NCBI GenBank assembly: GCA_964437505.1
Contig: CAYTGU010000007.1
Coordinates: 10,967-74,966 of the forward strand
DNA from: an uncultured bacterium
GTDB taxonomy: Bacteria; JAHJDO01
Direction: 5' to 3'
DNA length: 64,000 nt
Under the pieces are notes generated by a model. It had not been told where the DNA came from and did not search any database. It worked only from the letters and a program-made list of their open reading frames with translations. Of this stretch, positions 30,257 to 42,108 are shown one piece after another. Made by a program: the position numbers and the translations under genes. Positions within the stretch are counted from its first letter, which is position 1; the number at the start of each line of letters is the position of its first letter.

Positions 30257-31060
30257 GTGAAAATATTGGAGGGGAATATGGGCAAATTGATGAAGGTCGG
30301 TGTTATCCTGCTTTTAGTAGTATCTCTCTTATTTGCAGTTGCTACTATGGTTATAATAGGACGAAACCAGGATCAAAAGACTCAAATCGCAAATCTCACT
30401 GATGATCTAAACAAAACAAAAGAAGCTAAGGCAAAGGTAGAGGAAAACCTGAAAAACATGACTGCAACAAAAAATTCTCTGGAAAAGCAGTTAGCACAAA
30501 CACGGAGTGCACGCGATAGATACAAAACAGCTCTAACATCAGAGAGGCAAAAAACAGCTCGCTTAACACGTGATATTAAAAAAGAAGTTCAAATGAAGAA
30601 TAACTATAAGAATCAGTTAACTGAAGCTAATTCGCAAATTAGTTCTCTCAAATCCCATGAAGAAAATCTTAAGAAAGAGTTAGAAAAAGAATCAGCAAAA
30701 AGGATAGCTGTTGAAGTGCGTATTGCTAAGCTTCTTGGCGAGGAAATTCCTGAAGAAAAAGTGCAAGGAGATAAACAGGAAGGAAAGAAGGTTCCTGTGT
30801 TTAATGAGAATATGGTAGGAAAAATCCTGAAAATTGATAGAAAAACAGGAATAATTGCCATAGACTTTGAGCGTGACATAAGCAGACATACAGACAAGAA
30901 ACTTGTTGTCCTTCGCAATAATAATCTTATAGACAAGATTACAATCAAGGGAATATATAATACAATAATGGTTTCTAAAATAGATGCCTTTGATAATATA
31001 AGAAAGATCAAAGATGGCGACACAGTTCAACTTTTGAACCGAGATCCAACAGAAGAGTAG
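30257..31060 (+). CDS. Membrane-anchored coiled-coil protein of unknown function
   Basis: An N-terminal TM helix, then a ~150-aa Lys/Glu-rich coiled coil, then a C-terminal beta-rich ~80-aa domain. No family recognised. Confidence 0.5.
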   Translation: MKILEGNMGKLMKVGVILLLVVSLLFAVATMVIIGRNQDQKTQIANLTDDLNKTKEAKAKVEENLKNMTATKNSLEKQLAQTRSARDRYKTALTSERQKTARLTRDIKKEVQMKNNYKNQLTEANSQISSLKSHEENLKKELEKESAKRIAVEVRIAKLLGEEIPEEKVQGDKQEGKKVPVFNENMVGKILKIDRKTGIIAIDFERDISRHTDKKLVVLRNNNLIDKITIKGIYNTIMVSKIDAFDNIRKIKDGDTVQLLNRDPTEE

Positions 31061-31079
31061 CTAAAAGGAGAACAAAATA

Positions 31080-31541
31080 ATGGAAGATGAAAAAGCAAAA
31101 CCAATCCAGGAAGATAAAGACATACAAAAGGGATCTAAATTAACTCAGAACTCCGGCATAAACATTAAACCTCCCAGACAGGAAAGTGAACCAGTCCCTG
31201 CTGCTGCTCCGCCAGTTCAAGTTCAACCAAGCAATAAAGTAAATCAGGCATTAATTAGGGATAATGGATCTACTAATGTAATTGAACCCCCGGAAACTAC
31301 ACAAGCTGTTAATATAAAAAGGAGCGAAAAAGAAGAAAAGCCTGAATTTTTAAAACATCCTCCCAAAAAGTTGGATAAAAAAGAGAAATCAAAGTTTATA
31401 GGAACCGTTATAATACTTTCTCTTATCATATCGACGGGTTCTATTATATTGCTTTTATTCTGCATAAAGGACACTGCAATACCATCATTTATTCAACCAG
31501 TAATTGATTATTTATACAAAATTACACAAAATCACCTGTAA
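31080..31541 (+). CDS. Hypothetical protein: Pro/Lys-rich N-terminus with a C-terminal TM helix
   Basis: PAAAPPVQVQP low-complexity region, and a C-terminal hydrophobic stretch IGTVIILSLIISTGSIILLLFCI. It is co-oriented with the upstream coiled-coil gene and downstream trkH. Confidence 0.4.
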   Translation: MEDEKAKPIQEDKDIQKGSKLTQNSGINIKPPRQESEPVPAAAPPVQVQPSNKVNQALIRDNGSTNVIEPPETTQAVNIKRSEKEEKPEFLKHPPKKLDKKEKSKFIGTVIILSLIISTGSIILLLFCIKDTAIPSFIQPVIDYLYKITQNHL

Positions 31542-31553
31542 AATTAATCAACA

Positions 31554-32915
31554 GTGTTTAAAGAGAATCTCTTTAAAGCCATAAGTAAACTTGGGCTAAA
31601 ACCTGTACAGATAGTTGTTTTAAGCTTTGTTGCAATCATTACATTAGGTACGTTTTTGTTGCTACTGCCTCAGTCCAGGAAACCAGACATAGACCTTAGT
31701 ATTACAAACGCTTTGTTTACAGCTGCTTCAGCAACGTGTGTTACAGGACTTACTGTAGTTAATATATCAAACACGTTTACACTTCTTGGCCAGCTCGTAA
31801 TTCTCGCTCTTATCCAAATTGGAGGACTTGGTCTTATGACTATGGTTGGTTTCTTCTCTATTATTTTAAAAAATATGAGTCTAAATGAAAGCCTGGTTAT
31901 ACGTGATGCTCTCAATTATGAAACTCTTGACAAAATAGCTCATATGCTTGTATCAATTCTCCTTATCACATTCACAATAGAGATCATAGGCGCAATATCT
32001 CTGTATCTGTTTTGGATAGAAGATTTCATAAGCATAAAAAAAACTCTCTACTTTTCTGTATTCCATGCAGTTTCTGCATTCTGCAATGCTGGATTCTCAC
32101 TGTTCCAGAATAGCTTCACGACCTACAGTAAGTCTGGTGTATTTAACATTATAATTACATCTTTAATTATACTGGGCGGGCTTGGGTTTATAGTAATCAC
32201 TGATATTATTAGATTTATTAGCCTCAAATTGAGAAAAAAACCATCAAGATTAAAAGTCCATACAAAACTAGTTCTAATTACTAGTATTATTTTAATAGTT
32301 GCTGGTATGCTTGTTCTATTCTTCGTTGAAAATGGAAATTCATTATCTTCGTACTCAATAAAAGAAAGATTGATAATATCTTATTTCCAGTCTATAACAG
32401 CAAGAACTGCAGGATTTAATACCATAAATGTCGGTGGACTAGCAAATGCATCTTGTCTTATCCTCATAATTCTTATGTTTATAGGGGCATCTCCAGGCTC
32501 TACAGGAGGGGGAATTAAAACAAGCACATTCGGAATTGCAATAGTAAGTTTGCGAGCATTTATTCAAGGGCAACAAAGGGTAGAGATATTCAAGAGAAGT
32601 CTACCCAGACATTCTTTAAACAAAGTATTCGGAATTATCTTTGTTTCTGCTATATTTATTACGACGTGTACCGTAATATTACTACTTACAGAAAAAGCGA
32701 GCTTTATGGACATCTTATTTGAGGAAATATCTGCTTTCGGCACAGTAGGTCTTTCAAGAGGAATAACGTCTAACTTAACTACATCGGGCAAATTAGTAAT
32801 TATAACCACAATGCTCACCGGCAGGATTGGTCCTCTGGCTATGGCTCTGGCGCTTACAGGAAGGAGAAGAAAGGCTATATATACATATCCAGAGGAAGAA
32901 GTAATTATTGGATAA
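31554..32915 (+). CDS. trkH: TrkH/KtrB-family K+ uptake membrane subunit
   Basis: A multi-P-loop membrane protein with the selectivity-filter-like motif STGGGIKTSTFG. Confidence 0.85.
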   Translation: MFKENLFKAISKLGLKPVQIVVLSFVAIITLGTFLLLLPQSRKPDIDLSITNALFTAASATCVTGLTVVNISNTFTLLGQLVILALIQIGGLGLMTMVGFFSIILKNMSLNESLVIRDALNYETLDKIAHMLVSILLITFTIEIIGAISLYLFWIEDFISIKKTLYFSVFHAVSAFCNAGFSLFQNSFTTYSKSGVFNIIITSLIILGGLGFIVITDIIRFISLKLRKKPSRLKVHTKLVLITSIILIVAGMLVLFFVENGNSLSSYSIKERLIISYFQSITARTAGFNTINVGGLANASCLILIILMFIGASPGSTGGGIKTSTFGIAIVSLRAFIQGQQRVEIFKRSLPRHSLNKVFGIIFVSAIFITTCTVILLLTEKASFMDILFEEISAFGTVGLSRGITSNLTTSGKLVIITTMLTGRIGPLAMALALTGRRRKAIYTYPEEEVIIG

Positions 32916-32931
32916 TTAGAGGAGAAAAACA

Positions 32932-33603
32932 ATGACAAAATTCGCAGTAATAGGACTTGGGATGTTTGGATATAGAGTTGCAGTCACTCTTGCTGAGAGG
33001 AATGCAGAGGTGATTGCTGTTGATAAAGATCCCAGAAAGATAGAAGCTATGAAGGATACAGTGACGTTAGCTGTAAGAATGGATTCCTCAATTGAAGAAA
33101 ACTTAATTGCACAAGGAATAAATAGGGTTGATAGCGCATTAGTCTGTATTGGCGAAAATTTTGAGGCAAATCTACTTACAACTGTTCTGCTAAAAAAGCT
33201 AGGTGTAAAGCAGGTAATAGCCAGGGCTGCGAACGATATACAATCACAAATATTAAAACTGGTTGGTGCTGATAGGATTGTCTCACCTGAAGATGATATG
33301 GGAAGAAGAATTGCACAAAACCTGCTTATGTCGAGCATCCTGGATTACATTCCTCTCACAAACGGTCACAGCTTGGTTCAAATCAAAACCCCATCAAGTT
33401 TTTTACATAAAAAGTTGCGTGATCTACATCTAAGAGATCAATACAAAGTGAATGTTGTAGCAATTAAAGAGCAGAGTATAGATCAAGATGGTAAGACTAC
33501 AGAAAAAATCCATAGTGTGCCGGACCCAAATCATATTTTTGTAGAAAATGATGTGCTTGTTGTTGTAGGAAGTAACAGTGACATTGAAAAAATAGCAAAA
33601 TGA
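32932..33603 (+). CDS. trkA: TrkA/KtrA K+ uptake regulatory subunit (TrkA-N NAD-binding and TrkA-C domains)
   Basis: Rossmann motif [17 protein letters not shown], and its size. Confidence 0.85.
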   Translation: MTKFAVIGLGMFGYRVAVTLAERNAEVIAVDKDPRKIEAMKDTVTLAVRMDSSIEENLIAQGINRVDSALVCIGENFEANLLTTVLLKKLGVKQVIARAANDIQSQILKLVGADRIVSPEDDMGRRIAQNLLMSSILDYIPLTNGHSLVQIKTPSSFLHKKLRDLHLRDQYKVNVVAIKEQSIDQDGKTTEKIHSVPDPNHIFVENDVLVVVGSNSDIEKIAK

Positions 33604-33616
33604 GGAGACTTTAATT

Positions 33617-34183
33617 GTGAGAGCAAATCATAAAAAGATTATTGAAGCAGTAAAAACGATACTAGAAGCTGTTGGAGAAAATCCAAAAAGAAAGGGACTT
33701 ATTAGAACACCGCAACGTATTGCAGAAATGTATGAAGAAATATTTGCAGGACTTCATAAGGATCCTAAAAAAGAATTAAAAGTCTCTATTCAAGAAGACC
33801 ATGATGAAATTGTTCTTGTGAAAGATATCTACTTTGCTTCAATGTGTGAACATCATTTTCTTCCTTTTACAGGGAAAGCTCATGTCGGCTATATTCCAAA
33901 AGGTAACAGAGTTATAGGACTTAATACATTAGTTCATGCTGTTGACTTATTTGCCAAGAAACCACAGCTACAGGAAAGATTAACCACAAACATTGCTGAT
34001 GCGCTCATGGAAGCATTAAAGCCCCAGGGTGTTATTGTTCTAATAGAAGCAGAACATTTATGTATGACTATGAGAGGTGTTAAAAAGCATGGCGCAATCG
34101 CAGTCACTTCTGCTGTGAGAGGAATATTTAGAAAAAACAGCAAAACACGCGCAGAAGCTCTAAGTCTTATTAGAAGTAACTAA
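33617..34183 (+). CDS. folE: GTP cyclohydrolase I FolE
   Basis: 188 aa with the conserved CEHHFLPF motif. It has a GTG start. Confidence 0.9.
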   Translation: MRANHKKIIEAVKTILEAVGENPKRKGLIRTPQRIAEMYEEIFAGLHKDPKKELKVSIQEDHDEIVLVKDIYFASMCEHHFLPFTGKAHVGYIPKGNRVIGLNTLVHAVDLFAKKPQLQERLTTNIADALMEALKPQGVIVLIEAEHLCMTMRGVKKHGAIAVTSAVRGIFRKNSKTRAEALSLIRSN

Positions 34184-34185
34184 CT

Positions 34186-35469
34186 ATGATAAAGATAAAA
34201 AACGGAAATGTAGTTCTCAGAGACAGGATAGAAAAGACTGATTTATACATACTAGACAAAATATACTTTAAATCTCCAAACCAGTCTCCTGATAAGATAA
34301 TCAATGCTGATGGGAAATACATATTTCCAGGTTTCTTTGATATCCATTTTCATGGCTGTAATCTGTTTGATTTTACACTGGGTAAATACAGTCCGGAAAC
34401 TAGATCATTCAATGACTCCGAAGAAGCTTTTTCTAAAGGTATCGCTATGCTTGCAATGGAAAAAGCAAGACAGGGAGTAACCTCTGCATTTCCTTCTACT
34501 TTTGCAGCTCCGATAAAAAACCTTCAGGCATGTCTTGAATATCTAAAAAAGTTTATGGAAAGCAAAACCAATGGATTGCATGGAGCTTTTCTACATGGAG
34601 CTTTTCTTGAAGGTACTTTTATAAGTCCTGACTTTCTTGGAGCTCAATCCCCTAGTTATGTTTTTAGACCTGATATAGAAATATTTAACCAAATAAACGA
34701 ATCAGATGCGATTAAATTACTAGATGTTGCCCCTGAGTACAACGAAAACTCAATTAAGCTTATTAAACACTTAACAAAAAACAACATAGCAGTTGGGGCA
34801 GGTCATACAAAAGCTAACTGCTCTCAAATTGAGAAAGCTATGAGAGCAGGATTAAAATATTTTGTGCATTTTATGAATGGGCCTACCAATGCTTCTTATA
34901 AGCCGTTTAACGGCGGAGGAGCTGCTGAAGCTGTTCTGAAAAATGATGAAATTTATGCAGAACTAATTTTAGATGGTTATCATATCAATCCTGCTTATGT
35001 GAGAGATGCAATAAACAGAAAAACAGATTCAAAAATTATAGCTATAACCGATTCCATGTTTCCAACAGGCAGTAATAAAGTTAGAGAGTTTGAAATCGGC
35101 GGAGTTAAAGGCACGGTAAGCGCTAATAGAGATTACTTGGCTGTTAAAGGAAAAGAAAATACTCTCTTTGGAAGCTTGCTTACAACAGATAAGGCATTCT
35201 CTAATCTATTATCATGGCTGACACGGAAAATGGAAGGTATATGGATAAGAAAACATCATGCGTTAGACCTCGAAAAAGCCCTCATATCCATGGCTAAAAT
35301 CTTTTCCACCAATAGCTGCAATATGCTCGGCTTAAAGTCCACAGGAGTTATTGAGCAGGATAAACAGGCTGATTTGACTATTGGGTCTATTTCAGGAGAA
35401 CCGGGTGACTATGTTTTTAAAGTAGAACACACATTAGTAAACGGCAATATAGTTTATTCGGCTTATTAA
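34186..35469 (+). CDS. Amidohydrolase-superfamily protein, NagA-like (N-acetylglucosamine-6-phosphate-deacetylase family)
   Basis: N-terminal beta-sandwich and then the metal-binding [10 protein letters not shown] motif. The overall length is 427 aa. Confidence 0.55.
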   Translation: MIKIKNGNVVLRDRIEKTDLYILDKIYFKSPNQSPDKIINADGKYIFPGFFDIHFHGCNLFDFTLGKYSPETRSFNDSEEAFSKGIAMLAMEKARQGVTSAFPSTFAAPIKNLQACLEYLKKFMESKTNGLHGAFLHGAFLEGTFISPDFLGAQSPSYVFRPDIEIFNQINESDAIKLLDVAPEYNENSIKLIKHLTKNNIAVGAGHTKANCSQIEKAMRAGLKYFVHFMNGPTNASYKPFNGGGAAEAVLKNDEIYAELILDGYHINPAYVRDAINRKTDSKIIAITDSMFPTGSNKVREFEIGGVKGTVSANRDYLAVKGKENTLFGSLLTTDKAFSNLLSWLTRKMEGIWIRKHHALDLEKALISMAKIFSTNSCNMLGLKSTGVIEQDKQADLTIGSISGEPGDYVFKVEHTLVNGNIVYSAY

Positions 35470-35849
35470 GTTTTCTTATAGATTTTCTCAGGATCAAAGA
35501 GCTTCTTTTCTACAACTGCAAGACCATCTTTATCATATTTTCTATAAAAACATGTTCTGTAACCCATATGACACGCTCCGCCTATCTGCTCAACTTTTAT
35601 AAGAAGCGTGTCGTTATCGCAATCTATAAGGATATCTTTTGTTTTCTGAATATGTCCTGAAGTCTCCCCTTTCATCCACAACTTCCCTCTTGACCTGCTC
35701 CAGAAACATGTTTTTCCTGTTTTTAGTGTTGTTTCCAGAGACTCCTTATTCATATACCCCACCATTAGAACCTGTAATGTCTTAAAATCCTGTATTACCA
35801 CAGGAACTAAGCCTTTCTTATCAAATTTTACTTGTTCTATAAGCTTCAT
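35466..35849 (-). CDS. hisI: Phosphoribosyl-AMP cyclohydrolase HisI
   Basis: [28 protein letters not shown] motif and 127 aa. Confidence 0.85.
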   Translation of the reverse strand: MKLIEQVKFDKKGLVPVVIQDFKTLQVLMVGYMNKESLETTLKTGKTCFWSRSRGKLWMKGETSGHIQKTKDILIDCDNDTLLIKVEQIGGACHMGYRTCFYRKYDKDGLAVVEKKLFDPEKIYKKT

Positions 35850-36574
35850 TACATATCTCCACTTGCCAGTTTAATTGCTTCTTTAAAATCAAATCTCTTT
35901 TCATATAGCGCCTTCCCGACTATTACACCAGTCAAATCTTTTATGGAAGCTAGTTTTTCAATGTCATCCAAACAGGAAATTCCTCCGGACGCTATAACCT
36001 TTACTGTTTTTCTATTAACCAGGTTCCTGAGTTTTTCTGAATTAGGTCCTGTTAACATACCATCTCTGCTTATATCAGTATAAACAACCGTTCTAACTCC
36101 TATATTCTCAACTTTTCCAATTATATCTTCAACTGTAAATTCTGACTCCTTCTGCCACCCTTGAACTGCAACATTATCATCCTTTGCATCTATGCTAACA
36201 ATTATCCTTTCACCAAATTCAGAGTAAACTTGTTTTAAAAAATCAGAAGAAGCACATGCTTGAGTACCAATAATTACCCATTTTACTCCACTCTTCAGCA
36301 GGGTATCTATAGTAGAAACATCCCTTATCCCACCTCCTACTTCAACAGGAATTTTTAATGCTTTACATATAGAAGTAATTATATCCAGATTCTTGATGCT
36401 GCCTGTTTTTGCTCCTTCTAAATCAACAATATGGATTCTTTTTGCGCCTTGCTTTTCCCATTTGAGAGCATATTCCAGAGGACTATTTCCATATATCTTT
36501 ATGTTATTGAAATTCCCCTGCTTAAGACGAACAACTTTGCCCTGAAATATATCAACTGCAGGAATTACAATCAC
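35849..36574 (-). CDS. hisA: ProFAR isomerase HisA
   Basis: [18 protein letters not shown]-terminus, and a (beta/alpha)8 barrel with glycine-rich phosphate-binding motifs. Confidence 0.85.
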   Translation of the reverse strand: MIVIPAVDIFQGKVVRLKQGNFNNIKIYGNSPLEYALKWEKQGAKRIHIVDLEGAKTGSIKNLDIITSICKALKIPVEVGGGIRDVSTIDTLLKSGVKWVIIGTQACASSDFLKQVYSEFGERIIVSIDAKDDNVAVQGWQKESEFTVEDIIGKVENIGVRTVVYTDISRDGMLTGPNSEKLRNLVNRKTVKVIASGGISCLDDIEKLASIKDLTGVIVGKALYEKRFDFKEAIKLASGDM

Positions 36575-37161
36575 TAGAGAATACCTTTTGTAGAAGGAAC
36601 AGCCATATGTCTTGCATCTATTCCTGTTGCCTCATCCAGAGCTTTTCCTAATGCCTTAAAAATAGATTCATATATATGATGAGTGTTCTTTCCATATATA
36701 AGATTTGCGTGTAGTGTAATTGACGCAGTGTTTACAAATGCACGCATAAACTCCTCTATAAGCTGAACCTCAAACTTTTTTATTCTTTTTGCCGGAGCAT
36801 TTACATTGAAAACCAAGAAAGCTCTACCGCTAATATCAATACTAACTTCTCCCAGCGCTTCGTCCATTGGAAGTCTTGCGTATCCGAAGCGTTTTATTCC
36901 CCTCTTATCTCCAAGAGCCTTTCCAAGCGCCTCACCAAGACATATTCCCACATCTTCAACTGTGTGATGATCATCCACTTCAATATCACCACATGCCTTT
37001 ATCTTTAAATCAAACAAACCGTGTTTTGTCATTAATGTAAGCATATGGTCAAAAAAAGGAACCTTTGTTTTTATATTTGAGTCTCCCCTACCGTCCAAAA
37101 CAAGTTTTAAATCAATATTGGTCTCTTTTGTATCACGTTTTACAATTCCTGTTCTTTTCAT
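36574..37161 (-). CDS. hisB: Imidazoleglycerol-phosphate dehydratase HisB
   Basis: [12 protein letters not shown], with the HH/E metal motifs spaced as in IGPD. 195 aa. Confidence 0.9.
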   Translation of the reverse strand: MKRTGIVKRDTKETNIDLKLVLDGRGDSNIKTKVPFFDHMLTLMTKHGLFDLKIKACGDIEVDDHHTVEDVGICLGEALGKALGDKRGIKRFGYARLPMDEALGEVSIDISGRAFLVFNVNAPAKRIKKFEVQLIEEFMRAFVNTASITLHANLIYGKNTHHIYESIFKALGKALDEATGIDARHMAVPSTKGIL

Positions 37162-38474
37162 TTTTTTTCTCCAAATGCTGTGTCATGACTAAAAACTTCC
37201 CCATCTTTGTATTCCTTGCGAGCTTGTTTTATGTTTTTAAGATAATTACTACTCACTGCCTTATCCAATTCAAACGCTTTATGAAGGACTTTTGCGGCTT
37301 TTTTACCTTCTTTCTTATCTACTAAACATGAAATTTTTATTTCGGATGTGCTTATTGTTCTGATATTTATTTTATTTTTACCAAGCGCTTGAAACATCTT
37401 TGAGGCAACGCCTGCACTGGTTCTCATACCAATACCTACTATTGAGATCTTGGCTATATTCTTATCACACTCTATTTTTTTAGGCTCAACAACACTTTTT
37501 AATCTACTAGTAACGTGTAGTGTCCTCTCTAAATCATCTTTTGCAACAGTAAAAGATATGTCAGCCACTCCTTTTGCGCTTATATTCTGAATGATCACAT
37601 CTACGTTTATGTTTTTATCCGCTATCTTACTGAAAATTGTCCCCGCAATTCCAGGTTTATCAGGAATACCGATAATTGATATCTTTACCTCATCCTCGTT
37701 TAATATAACACTTCTAACTAATGCTTCTTCCATTTTTCCCCTCTCTTTTGATATAACCCTTGTGCCAGTTTTGTTAATAAAGCTGGATCGTATATGAAGC
37801 GGTACTTCAAACCGCTGAGCTATCTGCATTGAACGCGGCGCCATTACCTTTGCTCCAAGACTTGCCATTTCCAGCATCTCTTCATAAGTAATACTTTTAA
37901 TCTTTTTTGCCTCAGAAATTATCCTTGGATCTGAAGTAAAGACCCCTTCAACATCAGTATATACTTCGCACTCATCTGCGCCTAAAGCTGCAGCAATTGC
38001 AATAGCGCTTGTATCTGAGGCTCCGCGTCCCAATGTTGTTACATCTCTATTGGTGCTCACACCCTGGAATCCTGCAATAACTACAATCTTTCCTTTTTTA
38101 AGCTCTTCTCTTACTCTCTTTGCTCCAATCTTCAGAATCCTGGCTTTTGTATGAGATGCGTCAGTAATTATTTCTACCTGGGACCCTGTAAAAGATATTG
38201 CATCGTGTCCTAAAGAGTGTATGGCCATTGCAATTAATGCTATTGAAATTCGCTCTCCTGTAGAAAGAAGCATATCCATCTCACGTCTTGATGGAGAGTC
38301 AGTTATTTCTGCTGCCATTTTTATCAAATTATCCGTGGTCTTTCCCATGGCAGAAACCACTGCTACTACATTGTCATATTTACCTTTAGCCTTAACAATC
38401 AGTTTCGCTACATGCTTAATTCTCTCTGCATTTGCTACTGATGATCCACCATACTTCTGCACAATAAGACTCAT
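37158..38474 (-). CDS. lysC: Aspartate kinase
   Basis: [11 protein letters not shown]-terminus, and C-terminal tandem ACT domains. Confidence 0.9.
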   Translation of the reverse strand: MSLIVQKYGGSSVANAERIKHVAKLIVKAKGKYDNVVAVVSAMGKTTDNLIKMAAEITDSPSRREMDMLLSTGERISIALIAMAIHSLGHDAISFTGSQVEIITDASHTKARILKIGAKRVREELKKGKIVVIAGFQGVSTNRDVTTLGRGASDTSAIAIAAALGADECEVYTDVEGVFTSDPRIISEAKKIKSITYEEMLEMASLGAKVMAPRSMQIAQRFEVPLHIRSSFINKTGTRVISKERGKMEEALVRSVILNEDEVKISIIGIPDKPGIAGTIFSKIADKNINVDVIIQNISAKGVADISFTVAKDDLERTLHVTSRLKSVVEPKKIECDKNIAKISIVGIGMRTSAGVASKMFQALGKNKINIRTISTSEIKISCLVDKKEGKKAAKVLHKAFELDKAVSSNYLKNIKQARKEYKDGEVFSHDTAFGEKK

Positions 38475-38477
38475 AAC

Positions 38478-39551
38478 TCATATTCCTACAATCTTTAATA
38501 TATTATCTACTTTGGCTTCTGCCACAATAGGCTTTTCGACACTCTCTATTGCACGATCAGGATCTTTTAAACCATGACCTGTAAGAATACAAACCGTTAT
38601 CCGTTCTGAATGATTACTCAGATTCCTATGTTTTTTGAAATAACCATTCTTTGCTAATTTGATTATACCTGCCACACTAGCTGCTGATGCTGGTTCAACA
38701 AAAACCCCATTCTCTCTTGCTAACAGTTTATAAGCCTCTAGAATCTCATCATCTGTAACTGCATGTATTAATCCTGAGGACTCATCCCTTGCTTTCTCAG
38801 CCTTTTTCCAGCTTGCCGGATTACCAATTCTTATTGCAGTTGCAATGGTCTCGGGATTATGCACAATCTCCCCTTTTACAATAGGTGCTGCTCCTGCTGC
38901 CTGAAAACCCAGCATTCTAGGAAGATTCTCAACTTTACCCGCTTTTTTATATTCCTTATATCCCATCCAGTACGCAGTAATGTTTCCCGCATTTCCGACT
39001 GGGATTGCATGAAAGTCAGGTGATCTTCCGTTCAGCTGATCACAGATCTCAAAAGCTCCTGTCTTCTGACCTTCTATTCTATACGGATTTATTGAATTTA
39101 CCAAAGTGATAGGATAATTATCTGTTATCTCCCTGACTAATTTGAGCGCATCGTCAAAGTTACCCTTAACAGCAATAACCTTTGCACCATGTATAAGAGC
39201 TTGAGAAAGCTTGCCCATTGCAATTGCGCCTTCTGGAATTAGCACAACGCACTTCAGCCCTGCTCTTGCAGAATACGCTGCGGCAGATGCTGAAGTATTC
39301 CCTGTTGATGCACACATTACCGCATTTGCACTCTCCTCCAACGCCTTTGAGATTGCCATTGTCATTCCACGATCCTTAAAAGAACCTGTTGGATTCGCTC
39401 CTTCAAATTTTAGCAATACTCTTGTTCCTGTTATATTTGAAAGCTTCTCAGAAGGAATCAAAGGAGTATTCCCTTCATTAAGCGTCACTACCGGAGTAGC
39501 CTGAGACACAGGAAGATATTTTCTGTACTGATTTATAAGCCCATTCCACAT
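38478..39551 (-). CDS. thrC: Threonine synthase
   Basis: PLP-lysine motif SFKDRGM, and the fold-type II PLP architecture. Confidence 0.9.
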   Translation of the reverse strand: MWNGLINQYRKYLPVSQATPVVTLNEGNTPLIPSEKLSNITGTRVLLKFEGANPTGSFKDRGMTMAISKALEESANAVMCASTGNTSASAAAYSARAGLKCVVLIPEGAIAMGKLSQALIHGAKVIAVKGNFDDALKLVREITDNYPITLVNSINPYRIEGQKTGAFEICDQLNGRSPDFHAIPVGNAGNITAYWMGYKEYKKAGKVENLPRMLGFQAAGAAPIVKGEIVHNPETIATAIRIGNPASWKKAEKARDESSGLIHAVTDDEILEAYKLLARENGVFVEPASAASVAGIIKLAKNGYFKKHRNLSNHSERITVCILTGHGLKDPDRAIESVEKPIVAEAKVDNILKIVGI

Positions 39552-39554
39552 AAG

Positions 39555-40112
39555 TTAGCTTGCCTCTTTGATATTAAATTTTTGATTTATTGTTAAAACC
39601 AGTTTTGCTGATAGATAACCAATCACGCTACCTGCAATTATATCAAATGGATAATGCACTCCTATATAGACTCTGGAGAAGGCAACTAGAAAAGCCAATA
39701 AATAAAATAATAGCCATTTTTTATAATAGCCAGATAACACTGCAGCTATTGAAAAAGCAATCTGGGAATGACCTGATGGAAACGAGTTTTCACCACATAA
39801 CTTACGTCCACATACGTTTATATTTATAGCCTCAAACAATGACTCAGCCAATGGTCTGGGTCTTTGAACAAGTTCCTTTAGAATATGAACGATTATCCCT
39901 CCAAAAAGAATAGCAATTATTGATACGACGATTACTCTTAAGGCATTTTTTCTGTCAAAGATTAATAGACCTGCTATGACAAGCGGCAACAAAAAATAGC
40001 CGTTACCCAATTGCGTCAATACAAACATTGCAAACCCCATGCATGAATTCCAAAGATGCTGATTAATAAATAAAAAAATTGATTGGTCTATTGATATGAT
40101 ATAGTCAAGCAT
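39555..40112 (-). CDS. PAP2-family membrane phosphatase
   Basis: PSGHS and SRVYIGVHYPFD motifs. 185 aa, multi-TM. Confidence 0.8.
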   Translation of the reverse strand: MLDYIISIDQSIFLFINQHLWNSCMGFAMFVLTQLGNGYFLLPLVIAGLLIFDRKNALRVIVVSIIAILFGGIIVHILKELVQRPRPLAESLFEAININVCGRKLCGENSFPSGHSQIAFSIAAVLSGYYKKWLLFYLLAFLVAFSRVYIGVHYPFDIIAGSVIGYLSAKLVLTINQKFNIKEAS

Positions 40113-41371
40113 TAATCTTCAACTCGTATGATCACGCTTTTTCTCTTAATAATGTCCAATCTATCAATCTCTCTTATTGCTAGGCAAATATCCTTTTCCT
40201 CTGCTTCATGGGTCATCATGATAATTGGAACAGCTCCTCTTTGTTTTCTAGCCTTTTGTATTACTGAAGCTATACTGATATTACACTTGCCCAATATGCC
40301 GGAAATTTTTGCAAGAACTCCAGGTTTATCTACTGCTGAAAATCTAATGTAACATCTCAACTTGTTCTCTGTTATTTCTTTCATGCTTAAACGTTTATTA
40401 AAAGAATAATTATCCGTTACTTTGCTCTCGATTTTTGTCTTTGCAGCAATATCAATAACATCTGAATAAACAGCATTAGCTGTTGGCATTTGTCCTGCCC
40501 CTAATCCGTAGAACATCATTTCCCCAATACTGTCCCCACGCAGATATATTGCATTATACACATCAGACACAGAAGAAAGTAAATGTCCTTTGGGAATCAA
40601 TGCCGGATGAACACGAACATCTAACCTGTTTCTATCCATATTTGCTATGGCCAGAGGTTTAATTACGTATCCTAATTCCTCAGCGTATTGTATATCCTCT
40701 AAAGTTATACACTTGATTCCTTCTACATAAATATGCTCCATATCAACCCTTGTTCTATAAATGATAGAGCTGAGAATCGCTATTTTATGAGCGGAATCAA
40801 TTCCATCTATATCAAGAGAAGCATTAGCTTCTGCATACCCGAAGCCTTGAGCCTCTTTTAAGGCAGAGGAAAAAGTCTGTTTCTCCAGAGACATTCTGCT
40901 AAGTATGAAATTAGATGTTCCATTAACTATTCCTAATACAGATGTTATATCTGATGAACGAAAGCTATCTCTGAGGGCTTTTATAATAGGAATGCCTCCG
41001 CCAACACTTGCTTCGAAATTTATATACACATTATTGTCTTTTGCGGTTTGAAATATCTCATCGCCGTGAGTCGCAAGAAGAGCTTTATTGGCGGTTACAA
41101 CATGTTTTTTGTTTTTTAGTGCCGTAAGTATAAATTTCTTTGCAGGCTGTACACCTCCTATTAACTCTACAATTATATCAACTGAGGGATCATTCAACAC
41201 TCTGTTTACATCAGTAGTAAGTAAAGCTTTATCTATCTTCACAGATCTAGGCGTTGTGATATCCAAATCCGCTATATATTTTAACTCTACCTGTTTCTCT
41301 TGTTGAATTATTTTTATGAGACCTGTGCCTATTGTCCCAAACCCTATAATCCCAACTCCAACCTTTTTCAT
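40112..41371 (-). CDS. hom: Homoserine dehydrogenase with a C-terminal ACT domain
   Basis: MKKVGVGIIGFGTIGTGL Rossmann N-terminus. The ORF is open to 41416, but the conserved N-terminus suggests the start at 41371. Confidence 0.85.
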   Translation of the reverse strand: MKKVGVGIIGFGTIGTGLIKIIQQEKQVELKYIADLDITTPRSVKIDKALLTTDVNRVLNDPSVDIIVELIGGVQPAKKFILTALKNKKHVVTANKALLATHGDEIFQTAKDNNVYINFEASVGGGIPIIKALRDSFRSSDITSVLGIVNGTSNFILSRMSLEKQTFSSALKEAQGFGYAEANASLDIDGIDSAHKIAILSSIIYRTRVDMEHIYVEGIKCITLEDIQYAEELGYVIKPLAIANMDRNRLDVRVHPALIPKGHLLSSVSDVYNAIYLRGDSIGEMMFYGLGAGQMPTANAVYSDVIDIAAKTKIESKVTDNYSFNKRLSMKEITENKLRCYIRFSAVDKPGVLAKISGILGKCNISIASVIQKARKQRGAVPIIMMTHEAEEKDICLAIREIDRLDIIKRKSVIIRVED

Positions 41372-41394
41372 TCCAGTCCCCATCAATTCCACTT

Positions 41395-41805
41395 TTATCT
41401 TTTCTTCTTTAGGCATAGAGAGAATTTTTGTTCGGGGTAAGCAATTTTGAGAGTAAAATTACTCAAAAAACTCTTTACGCCTAGTAACGGAGTGTCTAAA
41501 TTTGGCATGAAATCTATTATAACATTTTGTGTTATATAATCTCCTGCTTTTATTTTTACAGTATGGGAATAAGCAACTGTTTGCCCGTTCCCTGTGCCAA
41601 TCGTCCTAGAGTACCCACTTTGCAGGTTATGACCCAACCTTGATGCAAATTCTGCCGGTAAAGCGCACTCGTCTGCTCCAGTGTCAATCAATCCGTATAT
41701 TTTTACCTCTTGATTCGTATCAGGATTAACTATAACAACAGGCAACCACGGTCTTGGGAAACCGTCTAAGCCTAAGCTTATGAAAGGAATATTTAATAAA
41801 TCCAT
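41395..41805 (-). CDS. Retropepsin-like (clan AA) aspartic protease, bacterial/archaeal stand-alone type
   Basis: 136 aa with the catalytic motif GLIDTGADECALP. Its size and layout resemble TIGR02281/TIGR03698-type proteins. Confidence 0.7.
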   Translation of the reverse strand: MDLLNIPFISLGLDGFPRPWLPVVIVNPDTNQEVKIYGLIDTGADECALPAEFASRLGHNLQSGYSRTIGTGNGQTVAYSHTVKIKAGDYITQNVIIDFMPNLDTPLLGVKSFLSNFTLKIAYPEQKFSLCLKKKR

Positions 41806-41994
41806 TTAATAAATCTGTATTACGTCTTTTTTAGGTACATGCGCTATAACAGGATTTTTATATCCTTTTTTAGCAGCCTTTTCATAAACTTCATTAACAT
41901 GATCCCCGCTGCTAATAACTGTATCGTCTTCAAAGCTTTTAAGTGCTACATACTGCCCGCTATATTTTTTTTCTTTTACTAACTGAACGGTCAT
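41806..41994 (-). CDS. 62-aa hypothetical protein, possibly DUF5678-like, translationally coupled to the downstream protease gene
   Basis: Its stop codon abuts the protease ATG with zero spacer. The sequence KYSGQYVAL...SGDHVNEVYEKAAKKGYKNPVIAHVP resembles small alpha/beta proteins I recall as DUF5678. Confidence 0.45.
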   Translation of the reverse strand: MTVQLVKEKKYSGQYVALKSFEDDTVISSGDHVNEVYEKAAKKGYKNPVIAHVPKKDVIQIY

Positions 41995-42108
41995 TATTAT
42001 TCTCCTTTCCTTTTCGCATATTAGTCATTCCAATTTCCACCAATTCCATTTTAGTGTTACGATATCACAATTGATACGGCAAATCAAATAAACAAACCGG
42101 CTATTTAA

